DNA of 64,000 nt from a virus. The stretch spans positions 51,295-115,294 of the IMG/VR virus record IMGVR_UViG_3300013014_000020; one strand, written 5' to 3'. The notes under the pieces were generated by a model that did not search any database, was not told where the DNA came from, and saw nothing but the letters and a program-made list of their open reading frames with translations. Of the stretch, positions 54,430 through 62,752 are shown in pieces (the first letter of the stretch is position 1; the number at the start of each line of letters is the position of its first letter). The position numbers were made by a program, and so were the translations under genes.

Positions 54430-57261
54430 TCACCATTTTCTCGAATAAGTCTTCATATCGTTAAAAGATATGTAAGCATGACCACCAATACCCCAAGATT
54501 TCCCCCAACTATTTTTTATTCTAAAAACTTTTTTTGTTAAATCAACACCATTAATAACATAAGCATGACCACCGGCGAATTTACCAGTTAATCTTATGTT
54601 TCCAGACTTATCTGGACTAAACATTCCATTATACCAATTTGTACCAACTACAACTGGACCAACTTTTAAAACTGTGTTTACAAGTGTTGGTAAATCAAAT
54701 GCCCAATAGTAAGATTTTATTTTACCAATTTGTTGTAAATATTTTACAGCACCCCTAACTGATGTACCATTATAATTTTCACCAGGCCATTGATCTAATT
54801 TTTGTGCGTTAAAATAAATTGTACTTGGATTTACAACTGGTGGTATTCCAGATTGTTGAACTGGTCCATCTTCTAACCAGTGAGACCAAGAATAACCAAC
54901 ACATTGTGGTAGCGCTCCTTGATTACCCCACCATCCATTTGCATCCCAAAATCTTTGTGTTAATATTTGTGGTTTTGAAGAAATAGATTGAATTACTTTT
55001 TGATTATTTTTAATTAGATAATTTAAATCTCTTTTATCTTCCACGTATATTCTACCTAGTTCAAATGGAAGTGTTGTTGCACTTGATGGTGTTATTTCAG
55101 TTTCACCACTTATTGTGTATGTAAAATCATTTGTTAAACAAAATTCAGTATCACAATCTGGACAGAACGGGTTAAAAAATCTAAATTTATCTTTTAAGAC
55201 GTTAAAGTTATGTCTTATTTCAGAAGAATCTAAAGGTTGTACATACATTCTAAATTGTGAAATAGCACCATCAAAAGTACCACCAAATTCCTTTTCTAAT
55301 AATATGTTTGTTGTAAGTCCAGATAATGATGTGCCAGATAGAACAGATGTTGGAAACAACTCTGGGTCTTGTATAAAATCACTACTTAAATTTTCACAAG
55401 TTGATGGTACCAAATTTTCGTGAAGCCCTTGCGTACCACCACCCCAAGAAATGTTAAATGGGACACCAACTTGTTTTTCTTTATCTGTTGGTAGTGCTCT
55501 TGGGATAATTTCTTCAAAATCATTTATTGTATAAATTAATTTACCATTAACATAAATTAATAATTTACCTTTTCTATATTTTTCATCTAATAACCAACTA
55601 TCAGTTAATTTAACTGTTTCTATTTGTTCAGATTCTTTTTTACCATTTGAATATGGTGGCGCTATTAAAGTAAAAGTATTGTTTGCTAAACTTTCAAGGT
55701 ATTCTTTTTTTGTAATGTTACCTAATCCACCCAACCATAATAAATCACAATTATCTAAATTTGTATATCGCCTCCAAACAACATCTAATAAAAACCAATG
55801 TTCTTGTTCTATAAACGCTGGATTTTGTTGTTCACAATAAGAATATATTGGTGGCGTACACCATTCTTGAATTGTATAACCGGTAACAAATGTTGTTCCA
55901 GTTCCAGTTACTGTATTTCCAGTTGTAATACATTCACCAGTAAATCTTAAAACTTTTATTCCAATACCTGGATTTTGTGGATCACCACACAACTTAAATG
56001 AAATATTATTTGACATTGAGTCAAGTAATGGGTCTTTTTCACAAGTGTCCTCTACGGATGTAAACCCAGAAGTAGGACAATCCAAACAATCAAGACAAGT
56101 ATCACAAGTTGTACAAGTCGGCGTACATTCAGGAAGTGGTGTATCACAACTTGGCGTTGGACTAGGAAGTGGTGCTGGGGTTGGTGTTGGTTGAATTACA
56201 TCTCCACAATAATGTGTTTGGCATTCCCAACCACAAGATTCACAAGCAAATTGGTTACAACCGCAACCACAAGTTGCCGCACTCATAGGATTACCCTTAC
56301 AAGAACCACAACCATAATTTATATGTGGGTCGTGAATCCCATTTAAAGAACGTGGCGGATAAAGAAATATACACCTACTATTTGTAATATTTAAATTACA
56401 ACAAGCACAAGTTTGTAAACAATTGGCAAGTGGTGTTGTAACTCTTGTATAACCAGTAAAACATTTTGGTGTTCCATCGGCATAGTGATAAAATTTATTT
56501 TCAGCTCTAGTACCCCAATAGAAAAAAGTATTTTTGTTATTTGGGTATAACCCATTTAATGTTGTTTCGTCAGAACTTGGTAGATATTCATTACATAACC
56601 TTGGTTTTAAAATTAACTCAACACTCCAACCTTTGTTCATTCTTTCTGGAAAAATGTCATAATCAAAACCAAACAGTTTATAAAACCCTTGATAAAAACC
56701 ACCATATAATTCGTGATAAATGCCTTCTGTTGCACCAGTCTTACTAACGACTTCATATAATGTTTGAGCGCTAAACGCCTCAAATCGATTTAAATTTGTT
56801 GTATTCCCAGTAACTTGGAAAAGTTTAAGTCTTCTATCATAATACATTCTATCAAACTTAACACTGTCTTCAAATATACCATTTGTAAAATATATTGTCT
56901 GACCACTCATAGTATTAATTAATCCATTATCAATACCGGTAAATCCAATATCACAAGAAGTTGAAGCACTAAAAAAACAAAAATTAGAATTTTCTGGGTT
57001 ATAATAATTTTGTGAAACAAAAATGTTACTTTTATTATAATTTTTATACTTTAAATTAAGTTTTTGTGCTGTTAACGAATCGTTTATATCAAAATAAAAT
57101 GGAAGCTTGTTACCATAAGTTTGTGCAATAATGTAAGGTGAAAATATAACTTCTTCTTTATAGTCCCTTTCATCTGAAGCTAAGGACATATCCATACTAT
57201 CAGATACTAAATCTATATTGATTTTTTTATAAACATATTGATTAATATTCTGTTGCGACAT
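54430..57261 (-). CDS. Large structural protein with Cys-rich insert, LamG/ConA-like region and C-terminal papain-like (C1) peptidase (probable start 57261)
   Basis: GKLLIYVNG and FDGAISQFRMY..PL...EI..NF (LamG-like); QG..PQCVGYS, GGHA and KNSWG..WG..G (C1 Cys-His-Asn). Confidence 0.75.
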   Translation of the reverse strand: MSQQNINQYVYKKINIDLVSDSMDMSLASDERDYKEEVIFSPYIIAQTYGNKLPFYFDINDSLTAQKLNLKYKNYNKSNIFVSQNYYNPENSNFCFFSASTSCDIGFTGIDNGLINTMSGQTIYFTNGIFEDSVKFDRMYYDRRLKLFQVTGNTTNLNRFEAFSAQTLYEVVSKTGATEGIYHELYGGFYQGFYKLFGFDYDIFPERMNKGWSVELILKPRLCNEYLPSSDETTLNGLYPNNKNTFFYWGTRAENKFYHYADGTPKCFTGYTRVTTPLANCLQTCACCNLNITNSRCIFLYPPRSLNGIHDPHINYGCGSCKGNPMSAATCGCGCNQFACESCGWECQTHYCGDVIQPTPTPAPLPSPTPSCDTPLPECTPTCTTCDTCLDCLDCPTSGFTSVEDTCEKDPLLDSMSNNISFKLCGDPQNPGIGIKVLRFTGECITTGNTVTGTGTTFVTGYTIQEWCTPPIYSYCEQQNPAFIEQEHWFLLDVVWRRYTNLDNCDLLWLGGLGNITKKEYLESLANNTFTLIAPPYSNGKKESEQIETVKLTDSWLLDEKYRKGKLLIYVNGKLIYTINDFEEIIPRALPTDKEKQVGVPFNISWGGGTQGLHENLVPSTCENLSSDFIQDPELFPTSVLSGTSLSGLTTNILLEKEFGGTFDGAISQFRMYVQPLDSSEIRHNFNVLKDKFRFFNPFCPDCDTEFCLTNDFTYTISGETEITPSSATTLPFELGRIYVEDKRDLNYLIKNNQKVIQSISSKPQILTQRFWDANGWWGNQGALPQCVGYSWSHWLEDGPVQQSGIPPVVNPSTIYFNAQKLDQWPGENYNGTSVRGAVKYLQQIGKIKSYYWAFDLPTLVNTVLKVGPVVVGTNWYNGMFSPDKSGNIRLTGKFAGGHAYVINGVDLTKKVFRIKNSWGKSWGIGGHAYISFNDMKTYSRKW

Positions 57262-57313
57262 CTTTTTTATTAATAAATACAACAATCCAAAGTATTTATA
57301 TTAAAACTATTTT

Positions 57314-58420
57314 ATGATTGAGCTGAATAAAGAATATTTTAAAAAACCTTATTATTTCTTTTTAAAAGACAAAGGGAGTAAAATTTCATTGTATTATTCG
57401 GTTTCTAGCACGTTAAACGAAGCCAAAGAAAAAGATGAAAAAATTGATATACCTAAAACACAAGAAAAAAAAGTTAAAAATATTGTTGGTAATATTCTTA
57501 AAAGCAACAAAACTTTTAGTGTGTCAAGTATTAGAAACGCTTTTAAAAAAATGTTGGATGACACAAAAAAAGAAGTAAATGAAACAAAACTTCTTGCTAA
57601 AATTTTAGCTAAGGCATTAAATTCTTATATGAAAGAAGGTGATTTAAATTTAGATGAAGATGATGTTATATTTATAAAATCACAATCAAAAGATATATTA
57701 AAAGTTTTACCTTTAGTTGTTTTTCAAATTGTACCAGGATCAACCATTGCAACACCCTTTATTGTTGCTTTAGCGGAAAAAGCTGGTATAAAATTAACCA
57801 GCAAAGTTCCAGAAAAATACAAGAAAAAGGAAGGTGGTGAAATTGATGAACTAGTTGACGCTGATGGTAGTATGTCTAGTTCGCAAATACCAATTTTAGA
57901 CCAAGGACAACATACACAATGGACACAAGATATGAGAGCTGGTTTAAATAGAATGGCCAATGGTAACTTTCCGTTTAAAGCTAGAATTTATTTTGGTGAA
58001 GCAGAAGAAAAACAAGAACCTTTAGATGAAGAAGATTTTGAACATGCTTTTGGTAAACAAGAAATTGATGATGAAAATATAAAAACTTTTAAAGGTTGTA
58101 TTCGAGTTTTCAAAGATTTGGAAATTAAAGACCCATTTGAAAGATATGAAAGATGTATGACTTTTGGTTTTGACCCAGAACTTGATGAAGAAGGAAAACA
58201 GAGAATTGTTGAGTTAAGAAAAGAAAAAATGCGGTATATGATTGACGAACTTTTGCTTAATAAAAAATCAAAAGATAAAGATATTAAAACAAAAGATAGT
58301 GATGATAATTCACCTATTAATAAAATTTTAATGCGGAATTTAGAATCAATAAAAAAATTAGCAGAAAAAGAAGGAATAAGTTTAGATAAACTAATAAAAC
58401 ATCTTAAAGAAAGTGAATAA
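57314..58420 (+). CDS. Hypothetical protein with internal LETM1-like hydrophobic segment
   Basis: Acidic/Lys-rich; segment QSKDILKVLPLVVFQIVPGSTIATPF; preceded by TATTTAT. Confidence 0.6.
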   Translation: MIELNKEYFKKPYYFFLKDKGSKISLYYSVSSTLNEAKEKDEKIDIPKTQEKKVKNIVGNILKSNKTFSVSSIRNAFKKMLDDTKKEVNETKLLAKILAKALNSYMKEGDLNLDEDDVIFIKSQSKDILKVLPLVVFQIVPGSTIATPFIVALAEKAGIKLTSKVPEKYKKKEGGEIDELVDADGSMSSSQIPILDQGQHTQWTQDMRAGLNRMANGNFPFKARIYFGEAEEKQEPLDEEDFEHAFGKQEIDDENIKTFKGCIRVFKDLEIKDPFERYERCMTFGFDPELDEEGKQRIVELRKEKMRYMIDELLLNKKSKDKDIKTKDSDDNSPINKILMRNLESIKKLAEKEGISLDKLIKHLKESE

Positions 58421-58883
58421 AGATTTATACGGGCAACCAATTCAGTTACCAAAAGAAATATCTGAATACTTAGAAACTTGTTTTAATCATGCTACTAATT
58501 CTGATTCAAATACTGAAGGGTATAACAGAAATCAAGAATTAAGAGATACTGGATATGTAACTTATCAACAATTAGGTAGAATTAAAAATTGGTTTGATAA
58601 TTATAGTGGTGACGGAAAAGACGCCCCATATATATTAAATGGTGCTGATTATATGAAAAGTTGGGTTGATAGAACACTTGAGTCAATGAGAAATGGTGAC
58701 GAAATGTCAAAACAAATTAGACAAGACTACCATCCAGAACCTATTGATAATGACCTTGTTGATGATATGGGTTGGTTAGCGGATATGAATAGACCATCAA
58801 AAGAACATAGTAAGTTCCAAGATGATATTAAAATAACAGAAAACCTTAAAAGGATAAACGAAATAATGAAAAAACTACTTTAA
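58413..58883 (+). CDS. Hypothetical protein
   Basis: GTG start overlapping the upstream stop; TYQQL.RIKNWFD; C-terminal ITENLKRINEIM. Confidence 0.65.
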   Translation: MNKDLYGQPIQLPKEISEYLETCFNHATNSDSNTEGYNRNQELRDTGYVTYQQLGRIKNWFDNYSGDGKDAPYILNGADYMKSWVDRTLESMRNGDEMSKQIRQDYHPEPIDNDLVDDMGWLADMNRPSKEHSKFQDDIKITENLKRINEIMKKLL

Positions 58884-59170
58884 TGGCAACTAGTGAAAGA
58901 TTAGATTTTAGTCAACCAATGAATGATCTTGGTATGATTGGTGAAGACCAAAGAAAAAAGTTAATCCCAAAAAATGATTATAAACCAACAAACTCTTATT
59001 CTGCAACCAATAAAGATGCAATCTCTGATGGTGATGAATTTGGTAAAGGAACTGGAACTTTTTTGGATACAACTAACGGTGGATCATCCACAGACGTTTT
59101 TGAAAGAATTAACGAAATAAAAATTAATGAATATCAAAAAGACAAACCATATACTACCCCAACCGCTTAA
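58883..59170 (+). CDS. Hypothetical protein
   Basis: TAATG coupling; DAISDGDE.GKGTG motif. Confidence 0.65.
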   Translation: MATSERLDFSQPMNDLGMIGEDQRKKLIPKNDYKPTNSYSATNKDAISDGDEFGKGTGTFLDTTNGGSSTDVFERINEIKINEYQKDKPYTTPTA

Positions 59171-59550
59171 TGAAACTTTACAATGTATATAATAACCTTA
59201 TTGTTGAGGTAGCATCTATAAATACTATTGTAGATGCTATTAAGAAACGACAACGGGTTATTGTTTACTATGATGGTGACGAACCAGGAGGAAAGGGATT
59301 AAGAATTGTAGAGCCGGTTTGTTATGGTTATAGTAAGGCTGGAAATCCAGTTTTAAGAGCTTGGGATTTAGAAGGTTCTTCACATAGAGCTTATTTAGGT
59401 AAAAAACCATTACCAAGTTGGCGATTGTTTAGAGTTGATAAAATAATTACATTTAAACCAACAACTGAAACTTTTAACGAACCAAGACCAAATTATAATC
59501 CGGCGGGAGATAAAAGTATGACAAGGGTAATAATAAACGCAGTATTTTAA
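59170..59550 (+). CDS. Stand-alone WYL-domain protein
   Basis: AI.KR..V...Y, R.VEP..YG, LRAW, WRLFRVDKI. Confidence 0.8.
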   Translation: MKLYNVYNNLIVEVASINTIVDAIKKRQRVIVYYDGDEPGGKGLRIVEPVCYGYSKAGNPVLRAWDLEGSSHRAYLGKKPLPSWRLFRVDKIITFKPTTETFNEPRPNYNPAGDKSMTRVIINAVF

Positions 59551-59555
59551 ATAAA

Positions 59556-60149
59556 ATGAAATCAGAACAAGATTTAATAAATAAACTTATGATTTCCAAA
59601 AAAATAATGGAAAAACATAATGAAATTGGTAGAGGGTCGGCAACCCAACCAACAAGTTTTAACGCACCACAAGTTGACGAGTTCCAACCAGTAAGTGGAA
59701 ATTACAATATTCCACAAGAATTTTTAGCGGAAAATGATATAAAAATACAAAGTAATGTTTCGCAAGGCACATCAGAAGAAAGAATTAAAAATTCAAAACT
59801 ACCAGACGAAATAAAAAAACTTATGTTAGAACACCCAATTGAACAACCAACATCTTATAACGGTAGTGCAACATTATCTAATGAACTTGTTGAGAAGGCA
59901 TCAAGATTAATGGGTACAAATCAACCACAAACACAAAAATCTACAACACCACAAAAAACACAAACAGTTAACGCTTCAATAAATTATGATGAGGTTAGAA
60001 ATATTGTAAGAGAAACTGTTGAAGATGTGTTAAAAGAAAACGGACTTCTTGTTGAATCAACAACTAGATCTAACGAAGCTTTTAAATTTAGAGTTGGTAA
60101 TCACATATTTGAAGGTAAAGTAACTAATATTAAAAAGATAAGTAAGTAA
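59556..60149 (+). CDS. Hypothetical protein
   Basis: SKLP.EIK..M...PI and F.F.VG..IFEGK motifs; last gene before a terminator. Confidence 0.65.
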   Translation: MKSEQDLINKLMISKKIMEKHNEIGRGSATQPTSFNAPQVDEFQPVSGNYNIPQEFLAENDIKIQSNVSQGTSEERIKNSKLPDEIKKLMLEHPIEQPTSYNGSATLSNELVEKASRLMGTNQPQTQKSTTPQKTQTVNASINYDEVRNIVRETVEDVLKENGLLVESTTRSNEAFKFRVGNHIFEGKVTNIKKISK

Positions 60150-60170
60150 TTAATTTTTACGTATCATTAG

Positions 60171-60197
60171 ACCTCAACATAATTGTTGGGGTTTTTT
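60171..60197 (+). terminator. Intrinsic terminator
   Basis: ACCTCAACA-TAAT-TGTTGGGGT followed by TTTTT. Confidence 0.7.
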
Positions 60198-60206
60198 ATT
60201 TTATGG

Positions 60207-60235
60207 TTGATATTTTAATCAAATATTGGTATATT
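60207..60235 (+). promoter_or_regulatory. Sigma70-type promoter for the GT/exonuclease/dUTPase operon
   Basis: TTGATA (60207-60212), 17 bp, TATATT (60230-60235) with an extended TG; same -10 as the polB promoter. Confidence 0.65.
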
Positions 60236-60254
60236 TTTTCTTATAAAATTAAGT

Positions 60255-61469
60255 ATGGAAAAAATAAATGTATTAGTACTCCCTAGTGACCAATCAGGAG
60301 TTGGAAAATTTAGATCAGTTGACCCCCACGTTAAATTACAAAATATGTATCCAGATGATTTCTATGTGGATATTGACTACGAACCAAAAATAAATGATAT
60401 AAATTATTGGAAAAAATATCAAATCGTCCACTTTCATAGAAGTATTGGGACGGATTATGATAACTGTCCTAATATTGTAAAAATGTTACAATCTATGGGT
60501 ATAATTGTTATTGCAGATATTGACGATTATTGGTTACCAACAAAAGAGCATCCGATACATCAATTAATTATTCAAAATAAGTTACACGAAAAAATAACAG
60601 CAAATCTTAAAGTTGCAGATTATGTTATTACAACAACAGAACTTTTTGCAAACGAAATAAAAAAATACAATAAAAATGTAATTGTATTACCAAATGCCGT
60701 TGACCCACAAGACCCACAATTTAACGAACCAACACCAAAGTCTGATAAAATTAGAATTGGTTGGTTAGGTGGCTCTTCACACTTACACGATTTAAAATTA
60801 CTTGACGGCATGGTTTCTAAACTTTCACAATTTCAAGATAAGCTACAATATTATGTTTGTGGTTTTGATATTCGTGGTACAATAACAGAAATTAACCAAC
60901 AAACTGGACAAAAAACACAGAGAGCAATTAAACCGGAAGAAACTGTTTGGGTTAAATACGAACAAATTTTTACGGACAATTACAAAATTATTACACCAAG
61001 ATATAATGATTATTTAAATACGTTTACTGAAAATGATTATCCTGGTGTTTTAGATGAAAATTATGTAAGAGTATGGACTCGACCCGTAACAAGTTATGCA
61101 AAAAATTATTCTAAATTTGATATTTCGTTGGCACCAATTAAAAACCATATTTTTAACAGAATGAAATCACAACTTAAAGTTATTGAAGCTGGTTTTTATA
61201 AGAAAGCATTAATCGCGTCAAATGTTGGTCCATATACAATTGATTTAAAACACGCACTTAAAAATGGAGGGTTTACTGATGGAAATGCACTACTAGTAAA
61301 TGAAAATAATAATCATAGTGACTGGGCAAAAAATGTTAAAAAATTAGTTGAGAACCCAAATATGATTACGGATCTTGGTGAAAAATTATATGAAACAGTT
61401 AAAGATACCTATGATCTTAATGTTGTTACAAAAAATAGAGCAGAATTTTACAAATCTTTAATTAAATAA
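60255..61469 (+). CDS. GT-B (GT4-like) glycosyltransferase
   Basis: G...R...P, DIDDYW, LPNA, IGW.GGSSH..D, DI.LAP....FN..KS.LK.IEAG, IAS.V.PY. Confidence 0.8.
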   Translation: MEKINVLVLPSDQSGVGKFRSVDPHVKLQNMYPDDFYVDIDYEPKINDINYWKKYQIVHFHRSIGTDYDNCPNIVKMLQSMGIIVIADIDDYWLPTKEHPIHQLIIQNKLHEKITANLKVADYVITTTELFANEIKKYNKNVIVLPNAVDPQDPQFNEPTPKSDKIRIGWLGGSSHLHDLKLLDGMVSKLSQFQDKLQYYVCGFDIRGTITEINQQTGQKTQRAIKPEETVWVKYEQIFTDNYKIITPRYNDYLNTFTENDYPGVLDENYVRVWTRPVTSYAKNYSKFDISLAPIKNHIFNRMKSQLKVIEAGFYKKALIASNVGPYTIDLKHALKNGGFTDGNALLVNENNNHSDWAKNVKKLVENPNMITDLGEKLYETVKDTYDLNVVTKNRAEFYKSLIK

Positions 61470-61472
61470 TTT

Positions 61473-62192
61473 ATGATTAATATACCTATAACCAAGATTT
61501 TATTTTTAGATATTGAAACCGTTGGTGGTTGTCCGGATTTTGAATCTTGTGAAAGATTTAGTCCACAAATTGCAGAACAATTTGACAAATACTTTGATTG
61601 GTTTTTAAAAAGATTCCCTGAAGACAATGCTCTTGGGGAGTCTGAAATTGAATGGAAAAATGAAGTGTTTAAAAAGAGAGCAGCACTTGTTCCGGAGTTT
61701 GCAAAAATTGTTTGTGTATCAGTTGCATTTGTTTTAGATAATGGTGAAACAAAAAAACAATCTTTTGTTGGTGACGATGAAAAAAAATTGTTAAAAGAAG
61801 TAAGAATACTACTTGATCGTTGTGAAAAACTTGGATTTTATCTTTGTGGACACAACTTAAAAAACTTTGATATTCCAATGCTTGCAAAACGCATGATCAT
61901 AAATGGGATTCGTCCATCAAAGATTTTACCGTCATATGATACAAAACCTTGGGAGATTAAAGCGATTGATACAAAAGAAATTTGGCAATACGGCGCATAT
62001 ACATCAATTGGTTCACTAGACTTGTTATGTTCTTGTTTAGATATACCAACACCAAAGGATGGTGAGATTACCGGAGCCAATGTTCATAAAGCATATTGGG
62101 AAGAACAAAAATTAAAAGAAATTGGTGAGTATTGTGAAAAAGATGTTGATGTACTTATTGAGGCAATAATGAAATTAAAAAGTTTAGAGTAA
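61473..62192 (+). CDS. DnaQ-like 3'-5' exonuclease (PolB-exo related)
   Basis: FLDIET, GHN...FD.P, YCEKDV (DEDDy). Confidence 0.85.
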   Translation: MINIPITKILFLDIETVGGCPDFESCERFSPQIAEQFDKYFDWFLKRFPEDNALGESEIEWKNEVFKKRAALVPEFAKIVCVSVAFVLDNGETKKQSFVGDDEKKLLKEVRILLDRCEKLGFYLCGHNLKNFDIPMLAKRMIINGIRPSKILPSYDTKPWEIKAIDTKEIWQYGAYTSIGSLDLLCSCLDIPTPKDGEITGANVHKAYWEEQKLKEIGEYCEKDVDVLIEAIMKLKSLE

Positions 62193-62752
62193 TGGAGAAT
62201 ATAGAAGATTTGTTTGACGACTCAATAGCGGATATTGACTATAATAAAGTATTAAATGAATTTGGGATAGATGTGGAAACACTTGAAAAAGAACTAGGTG
62301 TTCATCAACCAACAATAGATTTAAAATTTTCAAAAGAAAATGGTGAGGTGGCGACACCAGAGTACGCATACCCTTCTGATTCTGGGTTTGATTTATATTC
62401 AACAGAAGAATTAACAATTGAACCGTTTGGAAGAATTTTAGTACCGACCGGATTACGAGTTGATATACCAGAAAATTATGAAATCCAAGTTAGATCAAAA
62501 AGTGGTTTAGCGCTTAAACAAGGATTAATGGTTTTAAATTCACCAGGTACTGTTGACCAAGGATACACCGGTGAAATTAAAGTTATAATTTTTAACACAA
62601 CCAATAGTAGTGTAAAAATACTAAAAGGACAAAAAGTGGCACAAGCTGTTCTGTGTCCTGTTGTTAGTGGTCGATGGGTTAAATTAAAAGAAGTTAAAAA
62701 CGTAGAAGACAAAGATAGGTCTGATAAAGGATTTGGAAGTACAGGAATATGA
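62192..62752 (+). CDS. dut: Trimeric dUTPase
   Basis: SGFDL, RSKSG, PGTVDQGYTGE, AQ, R..KGFGSTG. Confidence 0.95.
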   Translation: MENIEDLFDDSIADIDYNKVLNEFGIDVETLEKELGVHQPTIDLKFSKENGEVATPEYAYPSDSGFDLYSTEELTIEPFGRILVPTGLRVDIPENYEIQVRSKSGLALKQGLMVLNSPGTVDQGYTGEIKVIIFNTTNSSVKILKGQKVAQAVLCPVVSGRWVKLKEVKNVEDKDRSDKGFGSTGI

